Shown: positions 34,733-46,814, counted from the stretch's first letter. The stretch is 64,000 nucleotides of DNA from Heteronotia binoei (GCF_032191835.1 NC_083225.1:48546001-48610000), one strand, 5' to 3'. The notes: generated by a model from the sequence alone, not told the origin. Numbers and translations are program-made.

Positions 34733-34935
34733 TGGATGCCCCAGACTTGCCCTCTTGTTGGATCTCAGAAGCCACGCAGAGTTGGCTCTGGTTAATATTT
34801 GGACGGAAGAACACCAAGGAAGTTGCTATGTGGAACCAGACTATGGAAAACCACCTCTGAATGTCTCTTGCCTTGAAAACCTTGTGGGATCAACATGGGT
34901 TGGCTGCAACCCGATGGCACTATTTCACCACACCA
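34733..34935 (+). mobile_element. 5S-rRNA-derived SINE, degraded
   Basis: ggatctcagaagccacgcagagttggctctggttaatatttggacgg is 5S-like; body aaaccacctctgaatgtctcttgccttgaaaacc. Confidence 0.7.
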
Positions 34936-35124
34936 CCATTATTTGCTTCATTTACCCTTTTCACCTATGGGAAAATCACCATATGATAAGAACTCCTCCT
35001 GCAGGGTCTCTTTGGTGTGCCTAAAAAATGAGTGCCAGAGTTGATCCACGCCTGAGTGGCTGGCAGCTTAAACTGAAGGTGATTTAACATATTTACTGGT
35101 TTAGTGGGGGCTAAGTATCCAGAG

Positions 35125-35325
35125 AAGATCCTGATGCTGGGAAAGACAGAAGGCAAAAGAAGGGGATGGCAAAAGACGAGATGGCTGGACAGCGTTACTG
35201 ATGTAACAAACACAAATTTGAGCAGACTTCGGAGGATGGTGGACGACAGGAGGGCCTGGCCTGACTTTGTCCATGGGGTTGCAAAGAGTCAAACTCGACT
35301 GTGCGACTGAACAACAACAACAAAA
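35125..35325 (+). mobile_element. 5'-truncated BovB 3' end with (ACA)n tail
   Basis: gatcctgatgctgggaaaga..gagatggctggacagc..gtccatggggttgcaaagagtc..gactgaacaacaac; 9-bp TSD TATCCAGAG (35116-35124, 35326-35334). Confidence 0.9.
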
Positions 35326-35354
35326 TATCCAGAGGTGCTAAGCTATAGTTTTTG

Positions 35355-35562
35355 CCCTGACCTGATGGCTAGTCAAATCTCAGAAGCTAATCCGGGTCGG
35401 TCAGCCCTGCCTATTACCTGAATGGAGATCACAAAAGAAAAAAAAAAGTCCAGGGTTGTGATGCAGAGGCAGGCAATGGAGAAAACCACCGATGCCTTGC
35501 CTTGAAAACCCAAGGGGGGTCGCCCTAACATGGCTGTGACTTAACGCACTTTCCATCGCCAA
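35355..35562 (+). mobile_element. 5S-rRNA-derived SINE immediately upstream of the TMEM255B promoter
   Basis: aaatctcagaagctaatccgggtcgg head; gggttgtgatgcagaggcaggcaatgg body shared with the 38985 copy. Confidence 0.7.
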
Positions 35563-35599
35563 GGAAAAATCAATCGATCACCTTGTGAATCTCTAATGA

Positions 35600-36520
35600 T
35601 CGTTGCGTGGATGGATAGAAAAGGTGTCGATGTCCCTCTCTCCGAAAAAGTGAACGCCCCCTCGGTTGCATGCGTGCGGTTGTGCAGCCTACCCACAGCC
35701 CGGGCTTTGGAAGGCAAGGTGGCAACCGACTCGAACTGTACCGAAGCGACCCAGCCCGAGACTGAAGATGCCCATGTGCATTTGGGCCAGATAGGTGCTC
35801 TGAGGGATCGCGGAGAGCGCCTTCAGCTTCCTTCTGGAGCGCCAGGTTGGCGCGCCTCGCTCGCTGGCTCCTCCCTTCCCCTCCGGCGCCGCCTTTTCTC
35901 TGCCTCCGGCGTTTCTCCTCCTCGGGGGCTGGTGCAGTCCGGGCGGCCGGCTTCTCATGCTGACCACGAGGTCCCGCCGCGGGGAGGAAAGCGGGGCGGC
36001 GGGAGGATGCAGTCTTCTGCTGCCCCGATGACGGGACCTTTAGCCATGCTGGATCCCACAGGTAAGTCCTGAGGCGGAGAAGGGCGGAGAAGGGCGGGAG
36101 GGAGCTTCAAACCTCCTCTTCAGGCTCTCGCCGCCCGCCCGGTGCACTCGGGAAGGGGAGGACATCCAAAGGCAAGTAGTTTCGGAAGGGGCAGCCTCTG
36201 CTTGTTAACGCGGGAGAGTTGCAAGGAGGGGACTGGTTTGATTTCTCTCTCCGCGGGGGACAGTCCTCCGCCAAGATTCCCCCTACAGAAAATTGTGAGA
36301 TGGAAGGATTTTACATCCTCCCTCCGGCGTGTGGTCTGCTATCTTGCCGGTCTTTTCCCCCCCTTTCCTTTTCCTGGTGTGGATTCAAATCCATGCAACC
36401 AAACGGGTGCATGTTACAGCATTAAAAAAAAAAAATGCGTACAGAAGATGTGTTGCTGCGCACGGAGACCGGTATGGCCAACGAGTAGCGAGGGTTTTTT
36501 TGTTTTTTTACAGTGCTTAG
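35600..36520 (+). promoter_or_regulatory. TMEM255B: CpG-island promoter / first exon region of TMEM255B
   Basis: High GC and CpG density in non-repeat sequence, GC-box-like GGGCGG motifs (e.g. 35941, ~36082, ~36092), contains start codon and first splice donor. Confidence 0.85.
36007..36061 (+). CDS. TMEM255B: Transmembrane protein 255B, coding exon 1 (MQSSAAPMTGPLAMLDPT + G)
   Basis: ATG at 36007 in a CpG island; donor AG|GTAAGT at 36061/36062; phase 1 joins exon 2 to give ..LDPT-G-HFAKRKKTSLWF, like human ..LLDPAEGLSRRKKTSLWF. Confidence 0.85.
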
Positions 36521-37029
36521 ACGCCCCATTTTCCCTCAGTTGATCATGTGAAAGGAAGGCTCTCATTTATTTTTTTCCTTTGCAACAGTTAGGAAGCCAA
36601 GGATGTTGATAGTCTTGGCTCACTCAGGCCTCCACACAGCTCACCAAATCTTATAGATTAACCCCCCACCCCACAAAACCTTCTGGAGGTGTGTTCTAGG
36701 TACACCTGCTTGAAAGTACTTCATAGCAAATTGCTTTTGCCTTTGCAGTGATCTGTTGTTTGCTTCCTGACTAATGAGGCCTCCTTCCTCTATTGTTCAA
36801 TCAAGCCACAACTTTTTCTGCCCTGAGAGGACTGCAGTGTACATAAATCTACACACCTATTTAAAAGGTTGGGGAAATCGTGTCATGTGCTTTGGTGGTG
36901 GCAGAAGGCTGACTGTAGTTCAGCTGATTAAGAAATCTTAGGCAGTATTTTTTTTTTTTGAGGTAGCAATCTGGGCAAGTAGTCTAAAGAAAACTTCCCT
37001 TGCTAAAATTTTCATTGATCAGTGGTGGA

Positions 37030-37260
37030 AGAAGAAGAAGAGTTGGCTTTTATACCTTGCTTTTCACTACCTGGAGGAGTCTCAGAGCGACTTACAATCG
37101 CCTTCCCTTCCTCTCTCCCTGTGAGATAGATGGGGTTGAGCTCTGAGAGAACTGTGACTGACTCAAGGTCTCCCAGCTGGCTTCATGTGGAGGAGTGGAA
37201 AATCAAACCCCGTTCTTCAGATTAGAGTCCACCAGTCTTAACCATTACACCAAGCTGGCT
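37030..37260 (-). mobile_element. Squam3-like SINE, older variant
   Basis: (GAA)n tail, ttttataccttg.., tggaaaatcaaacc B-box, aaccattacaccaagctggct head in reverse. Confidence 0.8.
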
Positions 37261-38238
37261 ACTCCTATGATATAGCATAATGACATTTGTAACCTGAATA
37301 GAATTTATACAATTGTCTGCACACAAGTCAGAGCTGTGATAAAATTTCTACCCAAAAACAACATGTGTTCTACTGAAGGAGTTCATCCTGCTTCCATAAG
37401 TATGCAGATGCTTTTTGTTCCATGACACGCAGGATATCCACGGCTTCTGCTTCAAGCAGTTTTTACAGTTTTATGTATACAGAACTGCCTTTTAAGAGCA
37501 TTGCTTCACTTGAAGCATACCTCTAACATTGCTTGAGTCCATACAAGTGAGAGAATGCAAACACAAATGGTTCACATCCTCTCCCATCACACTTCTGCAT
37601 CTTGTCTAAAGCCCAAAGTTGTGCAAGAGAAAGTTTATCTCCCCATGGAAGAAACATACATTTCTGGGCTTTGGGCGAGACTTTCAAGTATGGTGAGAAG
37701 GCTCTTCTCCTGTTCTCCTCTCTTTGAAAGCCACATGTGGGTATTCCATCATACTTGTGTCTGTCATCTGCAAAAAGTACCATTCATTGCCAAAAGTGTC
37801 AGTGCTTCTTGGAATGATTCCTGCAGGGAAAGAATATATATTCAACTGAACCTGAAAATCTGTTATTGACCAGGTCGCTGTTTTCAGTGCCAGGGCATGT
37901 GAAACAAGCATAACAAAGAGAATGCCTTTGAACATGTGCAGAATGCATTTCACTTACTGCTAAATAAGTTGCAGCACACATACATATGGGATGTGTGAAG
38001 GTATTTGTAGTAAAAGATATAACTTTCTGAGCAGGTTTGAATCTGTCCACATTTTTTAGAAAAAGGAATTTAGGAAATTCTGAGAAGTTTTCCAGTAAGA
38101 TTTGTGGTTTCTATATAAAAAATATTTCTGGGTTGATGATGGCTTCTGCAGTAAAGTTTCCCTGCCCTCTGCTATATAGCACTCTTCACTTAGAAAGTAT
38201 TCACACACTCCCTGCCCCCAAGATTGAATAATCTAGAA

Positions 38239-38566
38239 CAGGGGTGGCCAAATTTGTTTAACATAAGAACCACATAGAATAAATGCCAGATGTTTGAGAG
38301 CCACAAGACATGGATGTCAGATGTTTGAGAGTGGAAGGAAGGAAATAAAGAAAGCAAACAGATGAAGGGAGGGAGAGGTGGAAAGAAAGCAACTTTAACT
38401 TTAAATGCATTCTCCAAGCTGCTGGCTGGCTTGGCTTGGAGAAGTGATTAAAAGAGAGAAATAAGTTCCCCAAGCCAGCCAATGGGATGGTGGGGGGCTT
38501 TGAGAACCACACAATATGTGTGAAAGAGCCACATGTGGCTCCCAAGCTGCAGTTTGGCCACCCCTG
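38239..38566. mobile_element. hAT (Charlie-like) MITE, CAGGGGTGGCCAAA family
   Basis: TIRs caggggtggccaaa/tttggccacccctg; perfect TSD ATCTAGAA (NTCTAGAN, the Charlie-type target). Confidence 0.92.
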
Positions 38567-38628
38567 ATCTAGAATAATGTTTGCTTCCAGGTTTTGTTGT
38601 CAGATTCATATAGTTTAGAACTAAAATA

Positions 38629-38808
38629 CAGGGCTTTTTTGTTGCAGGAACTCCTTTGCGTATTAGGCCATACCCACCTGATGTAGCCAATCCTCTTGGA
38701 GCTTACAGTTGGCGCTGTACTAAGAGCCCTGTAAGCTCTTGGAGGACTGGCTACATCAGGGGTGTGTGGCCTAATATGCAAAGGAGTTCCTGCTACAAAA
38801 AATCCCTG
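38629..38808. mobile_element. hAT MITE, palindromic subfamily of the CAGGGCTTTTTT family
   Basis: Perfect TSD CTAAAATA; long inverted arms (cctgatgtagccaatcctc / gaggactggctacatcagg). Confidence 0.9.
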
Positions 38809-38984
38809 CTAAAATATAAAAAAATGAATGGAAAGCATTAAAATATCTGAGTCATTACCATTCCTTTATCTTGGATGGGCAAAAGGAAAGTGGTCTTGAG
38901 TAGCTCTACCTGCTTCATGGCATGGTTCAGGGGGCTGTGAAGGCAGGCAACAAAGGTATTTTTAAACCACCTGTTTTACAGAAC

Positions 38985-39190
38985 TTGACCTGGATAGCCC
39001 AATCTTGTCAAATCTCAGAAGCTAAGCAGAGTTGGCTGGCTAGTCTTTTTGGATGGAAGACCTCCAAGGAGTATCAAGGTTGTGATGCAGAGGCAGGCAA
39101 TGGCAAACCATTTCTGTACATCTCTTGCCTTGAAAACCCTATGGGGTTGCCATGAACCAGCTGTGACTCGATCGCACTTTCCACCACCAT
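38985..39190 (+). mobile_element. 5S-rRNA-derived SINE
   Basis: aatctcagaagctaagcagagttggctggctagtctttttggatggaagacc matches the 5S internal promoter region. Confidence 0.8.
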
Positions 39191-39469
39191 TTTACAGAAC
39201 AGATGAAACATGCATTTGAATGTGATTGTGGGAAATATTGGGACAGTGCCCCACTTTTATTTAAAATATCCATTACTGCTTTTTGACATAATTCAAAGTG
39301 ATTCCAGATGTTTAGATAATGCCAGAAACATTAAACATTAATTCAGTAACAAAATAGATTCAGTCGGCATAATTTCCAAAGGCCTTCTAAAATAACTCAG
39401 CCTTAATTTTTTTGCATAAAGAGTATCCAAAGTGTCTTGTACTTCTCAAGGATTGGGGACATCACTGAA

Positions 39470-40040
39470 AAAGCCCTAGTATAAGTTGAAACCATGCTGA
39501 TTTCCCTAGGTGGGACTAGGAGCAGCCCTTGTTATGATGAGTACAAAAGTGTTCTTGAAGGATTGTATCAGGGAAGATGGTCCAGGAGGCATGTAGGTCC
39601 CAGGATAAGTATGTAGGCCCTCGGTTAAAACCAATGCTTTGAATTGAATTCAGAAACAAAATGGCAGCCAGTGTGAATATTTCAGGGCCTCAGTAATATG
39701 GCTGAATTTGCTAGCTCCCATCAGCAACCGGAATGTGCATTCTGTACTAATTGATGTTTTTGAGCCGTTTTCAAAAACTGCACATAGAACACATTACAGT
39801 AATCTAGCCTGAAGGTTAGAGTAGTATGGACCACCATAGCTAGATCTGTCCTATCCAGGAAAGGATGCAGTTTTCAAGCTAGATGTAAGGGAAGGGATTT
39901 CAAACAACACTACCAGGACCATCACATTGTTAACTGAATCCACTAAAGCTACATCACCGTTTCCCCCCTTTCAGACCATTTGCCTTTCCAACCATCATTA
40001 CTGCTGCCTTGTCTGAGGTGATAATGAAAAAACTCATCCC
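39470..40040 (-). mobile_element. Degraded L2 RT/C-terminal fragment
   Basis: ggcagccagtg..cattacagtaatctagcctg..ccaccatagctagatc is colinear with the young L2 at 22620-22860. Confidence 0.7.
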
Positions 40041-40429
40041 TTTACTGAAGCAGCCTTATACAGAATCAGTGCATTGGTCTGTCTAATACAGTATTAGCTG
40101 GTTTAAATGGCAGTGACTTTCCAGGGCCTCAGATAGCGAAATTTATTTCCCACCAACTGCTGCATGAGCTGCACCCCTTCCTCCGGTTGTTCATACAGAT
40201 TTATGTTTTGAGTTATAATGGACTAATATAACAAATGTTAAGTGTTTCCAAAGTGCTGTTACAGCAGCCTCACAATTATTTCTTCAGACTTTTTTTATGT
40301 TAAGATGATATTATTTGTATTAAGTAGAATTCATAAGATTAAACAGACAAAATGCACACAATCAGTTTTCAATATTCATAGTACTTTCCAGAATACAAGA
40401 TGTCCCAAGGAGTTTATGGTATAAGCATT

Positions 40430-40860
40430 TGACAAAAATGTCAAAAAGAAGACAGGGGATGGCACAGAGATGGGGATAAATTGGAAGATTCTTTATGGAG
40501 GAGAGGTGGCTTTTGAGAAGGGAGGTATCACACAGTGTTCTGTAAGCCAGTTTTAGGGGCAATCAGGGACAAAGAAAGGAGTTGCTTGTAGGCATAGGAG
40601 AACTTTGAATACTAAAGGTAATGGCAAAGTAAAGGTCACAGGTATGATAAATTTTTGGTGGTGCATGGAGGGGGAAGAAGCTCATTGAGAACTTTGAAGG
40701 TAAGCAGGAACGGTTTGTTTTCTATGTAAAAGGGGGCAGGAAATCATTGTGTGGACTTAGAGAGGAATGTCACAAGGTCAAAATGATGCAAAAAGGCAAA
40801 TTATTTTTGTGGTAGAGTGCTGGACAGAAGTGAGGGTGTTGACATATTAAAAAAGAAGAC
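40430..40860 (-). mobile_element. Ancient L2 3' fragment
   Basis: Purine-rich stretch resembling the reverse of old amniote L2 C-terminal sequence; heavily diverged. Confidence 0.45.
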
Positions 40861-43099
40861 GAGGGTCCATTAAATTGTGGGTGGAAATGAACTAGAGGTT
40901 TCTTTGACGAGGCAGCGACGGAGGGACGTATTTCTGCAGAATCGTTAAAACATGTTTCCTCATTTGTCTGATCCTACATATAGCTTTTCTAATGGCAGTA
41001 TTTTAATAATCATTACATTTGTTAATTATTTAAAAAGACACAATGCTGCAGGGGTGTTTTTGTATTTTTTCAAACCATATTGCTAAGTTTTGACTCTGTC
41101 CATACGTCTGGTTAAAGCTGTTGTGATAGTCACACACAACAACTGATTTTATCTCCATTTTAGCCATTATAGATTCCCTCTGATAACATAGCCTTACTCA
41201 GCTTTTTCCTGCCCTTGACTACCCCAGTTGTGTCCTCATATATTAATACAAATGACACGTAGAAGAAAGGTTAGATATTTTATTGCTTTTATGATGTTCA
41301 TTAAAGCCAATATAAAGTTTTTTAAAAGGGCGTATTGATTCGTGTTTGGCTAATGTCTGTATGATGCAGTGGAATCTTGCCATGACACCAGTATGTAACA
41401 ATAATTCTTGCATCTTTTCATCCATATCCACCTGAGTTTGGACAGAAAAACGCAAACAATACCTTTGTTTAGTATGCCCCTTCTGCAGCTGAAATACTTT
41501 TTAATTAAACAGTGAAATACCAACAAAAGAAGCATCCTGTTACTTTAACCAGTCATTAAATTATTTATTGGAGAAGAAACTGACACCTAAGCAACAGAGT
41601 CACAGTGATACTGTGTAGCTGAATTAATAAAGGCACCAAATCTTGGTTTCCCTCATTGTTAAAATTCAGCAGCCTAAAGAACAGAATGCCTAATATATAC
41701 AGAGAAATTCAACATAAATTCATGATAGAAATAGATTGGTAGAGAGTTCTGTCTTTTGGTCTTCAGTAGTTCCAGATTTAATTATGTTCTTCACACTGGA
41801 CAAGTCAAGCATTTAAGCAGAGGAAGTAATCACCAAAAGCAGCTCTGATAATCTATTTAGAACATATTAGTTCATCAGATTGATTCTGGGATACAATGCA
41901 CCATTAATGGGATTAACATTAATCTGTTAAAACTGGCTATAGTAGTTAATTTGATTTCCTAGCTTTACATCAAAAACCATAAAATAGAACCCTTTAAAGA
42001 TTACTATAGTTAACAAATATTGCATTCTAAAAGTAATTTGTATATCTATATGTATCTTAAAAACTGTCCTTTTTTAAAGCCAGTATCTATACGTGTTAGG
42101 GAAATTAAGAGTTCAGGAACTTTTCCTATGAATCCCATCCCCACCCAGTTTGACAAGGGGAGTGGTGAAACTGGCAGAAACCCATAATTTGAGAGAGAAA
42201 AATCTGTTCCAAAGTATCTATAATTTATTGAAAGAAAACCATACTGTACAAAATTTACAAGCAAGAAGCAATTTCAGTATTCATTTTACAGAAGGGAAAA
42301 AACAAACCAATACGTATAAACAAAGTGCACTTATTACTCATTTAGGAATTATCTTTTATTTAGGAATTCATTCCAGCTGCTCCAGCAGGACCTAGCCACA
42401 GTGTTGGCAGAGGTCAGATCTCAAACACGGGTATAGAACCTGGTCCTTTAGAATTCTAATTCCTTTTGAATTCCAATTAACTGTCAATCAAGAAATTGAA
42501 TGGTCCTGACGAAACTCAGACCTTTCCCCAGTTATTGTATTTCTAGGTTAAAAACACCCTTCCCGTCAAAGCAAAAGGTTGGAGCCACAGGTCCTTCTAT
42601 CTAGAAGTTTTGACTTTGAGTCTGGAATAGTTCTTTTAGAGCAGAGTACAGAGTGCATTGTCAGGCTGAAGAGCCTCCTGCAACGCCTTATGGCAGAGAA
42701 TCAAACAGAGAGGCTTTAGCCAATTCAGGCTGCTGAACTGCCCCATCTCTTCTATAATTCTGCCACAACATGTTTAGCAAATTTTTTCAGAGGAAGTAGG
42801 TGGCCCTTTGAAAGTGTCATGGTTTACTACTTATATAAGACTAGGAATAAGGCCTGTTGTGAAAATAAATACAGTGGTCCCTAGAAAGAGGCTTTGGGTG
42901 AGTGCCCTGGTGTGATCTATCTTTTTTTGGCCTGGCATAGTTGTGTTATGGTATACTATAGAGTATGAGACTCAAGGCGGTCTTTTTCTATAGGGGAAGT
43001 GATCTGACTTCGGCTTTCCATCTTCTCCCCCTCCACCCCCTGCAGCCTCTATCTAGGAAAAGTGCAGTCTTTCTCCACAGTGGGGACCAAAGCAGGAGA

Positions 43100-43370
43100 G
43101 AAGCAACCTCTGCAGGGTATAATGATACAGAGTCCACCATTTACTCCAGAAGAACTGATCTCTGCCATTTGGAGAGCAGTTGTAAATCTGTGTGATCTCC
43201 AGCCCTCAGCAACTGTGGTTCTCCATGAGGAAATGGCTGGTTTGGAGGGTGGAGTCTATGGAATTGTACCTGTCTGAGGTACCACCCCTCCTCAAACCCT
43301 GCCCTCTTCAAGCTGCACCCATCAAATTGCCAGGCATTTCCCAACCTGGAGTTGGCAACCATATCTCCTT
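43100..43370. mobile_element. Rearranged TAGGGTTGCCAG-family MITE fragments
   Basis: gaactgatctctg.. in + orientation, then tttggagggtgg..ttcccaacctggagttggcaaccata in - orientation. Confidence 0.6.
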
Positions 43371-43737
43371 CCCAGCCAACCATCATCCTACCTTTATCTG
43401 CCCCTCTGACTTTTCCCTCCCTGCAGCCTCAACCTAGGAAAAGTATAGTCTTTCTCTGCAGTGAGGACCAAAAAAGCTTACATCATTCTCCTCTCCCCTT
43501 TGATCTGCACAACAACCCTGTGAGGAGGGTTGGGCTGCAATTCTGTGAATGGTCTGAAATCACCCACTCAGCTTGTAGAGCAAGACCCTGGTCTGGCAGA
43601 CCCTGCTCTGAAGTACTAACTGCTATATCACACTGGCTGTCCTAGGGTGGCTGCTGCTGAACAGTAGGAAGCAGCCAGGCCTAGTTATATCATGCCAGTG
43701 AGGTGGCATCAAGTCACCCAGATTATAATGCCAGGCC

Positions 43738-43960
43738 TAAGGTAGCCAACCTTCAGGTGAAGATCTCCTCATATCACAACTGAACTCCAGACAACAGATA
43801 CCTCTCCCCCTAAAGAAAATAACTTGTCTGGAGGGTGGACTTTGTGGCATTATAGTCAGTTGAGGCCTCTACCCTCCCTAAACTCTGCTTTCCATAGACT
43901 CCACCACACCATAGACTCCACCACATTTAGAAATTACCCACCAACCTGGAGCTGGCAAGC
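43738..43960. mobile_element. TAGGGTTGCCAG-family MITE
   Basis: taaggtagccaacc..aactgaactccagacaacagata..cctggagctggcaagctta. Confidence 0.6.
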
Positions 43961-45026
43961 TTAGTCAGTACCGGCCCCAATGAGTTCTCCCTCATTCTGA
44001 GAGAACTGTGACTGGCCCAAGGTCACCTAGCAAGCTTCATGTGAAGGAGTGGGGAATAACCTGGTTCTCCAAATTATCGTCTGCCACTTTTAACTACTAC
44101 TCCAGATTGGCTCAGCCAGCCCCTATTTTTTTTTCTGTTGCATGGCCAGCCCTCACAGAGGATCCAAAGAAATCACATTCTCCTAGTGTTCTTAAACCTA
44201 GACCTATTATGTAGGGGAAAGTGACCTGGAAATATCATTGTTGCAAAATATTTCTTAAAGGCTTACATCTACATTGACACATTGGCCAAGGACAAAATAA
44301 CATGGCTTAACTTTTGCCTTTTGTATATTATAAATGCACCCTACTCCATTTCCTTTTGTAACTGTTTATGTAGGACATTGGACTTTATCTGTAAGCAAAG
44401 GCAACACAAGGAAAACCATTGTAGAAGTGCTAGACCACTTTTAAGAGACAGAATAGTCTACCTATCTATGATGCACTTTAAAGAGTCTATAAATGCCACT
44501 GTAAGTGATATCTTTTGTTGGATAATTTATTTGACTATCCAGTTTCTTCCTATAATGATTGGACTATCAAAAGGGCCAAAGTTTTGAGGTGAATAGATAC
44601 TCTGTAAATATCTTTCTCTTTCCCCATAGACACATATAAATATTTTAAAATATACTGTTTATCTGTAAGAGGTGTGGTCATCTGATTTCATTATCCAACA
44701 TCACAGACTCTGACACAAAGGACTGCGGCTGAATTACAACAGTAATGAATGGGAGATTACCTTTTCTCACACTGTAGATTTGTTACTTAATTTAAATAAA
44801 TTTACATTACTAAACCATGAGTATTCAACTACGTTTATTGAACTCCATGTGGATTCAAAATCTTCCTCAAAAGTCTCTTTAGAGACTTTGGAACACCATT
44901 TTCAGAAGGCTGTGAATTTAGATAAGAAGCTGGTGTATGGGCTGCTGTGTTTTAAACACTGAGAGATTTACTGTGATTTATGCCCAGGATTATCTGATTA
45001 TGCATAGAGAATCTGGGTGGTGGAAG

Positions 45027-45727
45027 AAGGGTTGCCTGATCTGACTCAGGAAATATCTGGGGACTTTGGAGTAGAAACAGGAGACTTTGGGGGTGGAACT
45101 AGGAGCAAGATTGTGGCAAGCATGATTGAACTCTGAAGGGAGTTCTGGCCATCATATTTAAAGGGACTGCATTCCTTTTAAATGCCTTCCCTCCATTGGA
45201 AATAATGGAGAATGGTGGCACCTTCTTTTGAGGCTCATAGAATTGAACCCTCTGGTCCAACCTTATTGAAACCTGGGGTGGGGGGGGGTTGAGGAGAGGC
45301 ACCAGAAACTATCTTGAAAAATTGGTGCCTCTATCTCAAAAAACAGGGGGCCCCAAGCCCCAGATACCCACAGATTGATTTTCCATTATACCCTTTGGGA
45401 ACTGGTCTTCATAGAGTACAATGGAGTGGCCAGAGGACATTTCCTTCCCCCTTCTGATAACCCTGAAATGGTGGGAGGGCCTCCAAATTAGGGGATCCCC
45501 TGCCCCCCATTGAGGATTGGCAACCCCAGGGCTTTTTTTGAGCAGGAATGCAGTCCCAGCTGGCTTGGTGTCAGAGGGTGTGGCCTAATATGTAAATGCA
45601 TTCCTGCTGGGCTTTTTCTACAGAAAAGTCCTGTGTGAAACAATGGTGACATCAGGGGTGTGTGGCCTAATATGCAAATGAGTTCCTGCTGGGCTTTTTC
45701 TATCAAAAAAAGCCCTGGGCAACCTTA
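45027..45727. mobile_element. TAGGGTTGCCAA long-form hAT MITE with an insertion in its right TIR
   Basis: Colinear with 4349-4837; terminus ggcaacc(c/t)ta is split by the 45527-45717 insert. Confidence 0.85.
45527..45717. mobile_element. hAT MITE, CAGGGCTTTTTT family, nested
   Basis: TSD GGCAACCC/GGCAACCT derived from the host TIR. Confidence 0.9.
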
Positions 45728-46814
45728 TTACATCATGAAAACCAGGGCATTATGAAGAATTTCTGACAAAAGGAAAATAGGTATGAAGAAAGCTTCTATT
45801 ATGCTTCACTCACATTTGAGTCACACATTCAAAACTTGTATGCCAAGAATGGAACCTCTTGATTTTGACATTTAGGGACAATGTTGCCATGTCAGAGGTA
45901 TTGAATGACTGAGCTTGGGGATGGATGCACAACACAGAATTTTGCTAATAATATGGCCCACTATAGGGATATAGAACTTCTAAATGCATATGTTAAGTGT
46001 TTGGTGGTATTAGCACTTGCCTTATAAAGCCAGTTTTAGAGCATGCTGAAAAGTGTTCAAATGAATGGCGGTTTAGAAGCAACATTAGCTACCTCTTACA
46101 TTTTTGATGTAGTACCTATTACTGCAGTATCCAAGCGCTATCATTGTCTTGCCAATGGAAGCAGTCAAGCATAAATATTAGCTCACTGTAATGGAATCAA
46201 CTCACGTGCCTATCATCCCCAAAACAGCTTTATTGATTTATTGTGTATGGGTTGAAGATGCCTAACAAAAGCTGCTGATAGTTGCTTATGTTGTACAACA
46301 GTATGAAAATGCCATGAGTAGAAGACAGGCAAATGTGCAAGTTCTTGCTGGTAGGTGGTACAGTGGGTCTCCATCTGTTATCTCCATTTCCATCTACACA
46401 TTTTAGAAATCATGTTAGTAGTAGATAGGGGGCCCCTATCATCATCAAGCCACATTCCAAAGTGACAGCTGCCCCACCCACACATGCACACAAAAACGAA
46501 CGCTGTATGTTTCCTCATGGGGAAGTGACGCAACAGTCCCTGAGGGGGCGGCTAGGGATCCGCCCCCCCAAGGAAAGCCGGCTGTTTCCTAAGGGGGAAA
46601 GGAGGGTCAGCCACTGGTGTAGCAGGCTTCATATTGTTTGGGGGGAAAGCGTGTTTTGCAACACAGACATTTTTTTAGAGAATTGTGGAGATGCAACGGT
46701 TCTAAGCAGCCATAGTTTGGAGAGGAGACATACCCAACGGATAAAATGATGGCTTTAAAACTGAGCATGGCTAACCTTATATGTGTAACGTCCCTTTAAC
46801 ATCAGGTTGCGTGT

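Noticed and set aside
35596-36072. 158-aa ORF spanning the CpG island
   Set aside because: Only the last ~18 codons before the donor are TMEM255B exon 1; the rest is open because of high GC content, and the ORF reads through the splice donor
38985-39070. 5S rRNA gene
   Set aside because: Only a diverged part of 5S fused to a non-5S SINE body; five dispersed copies
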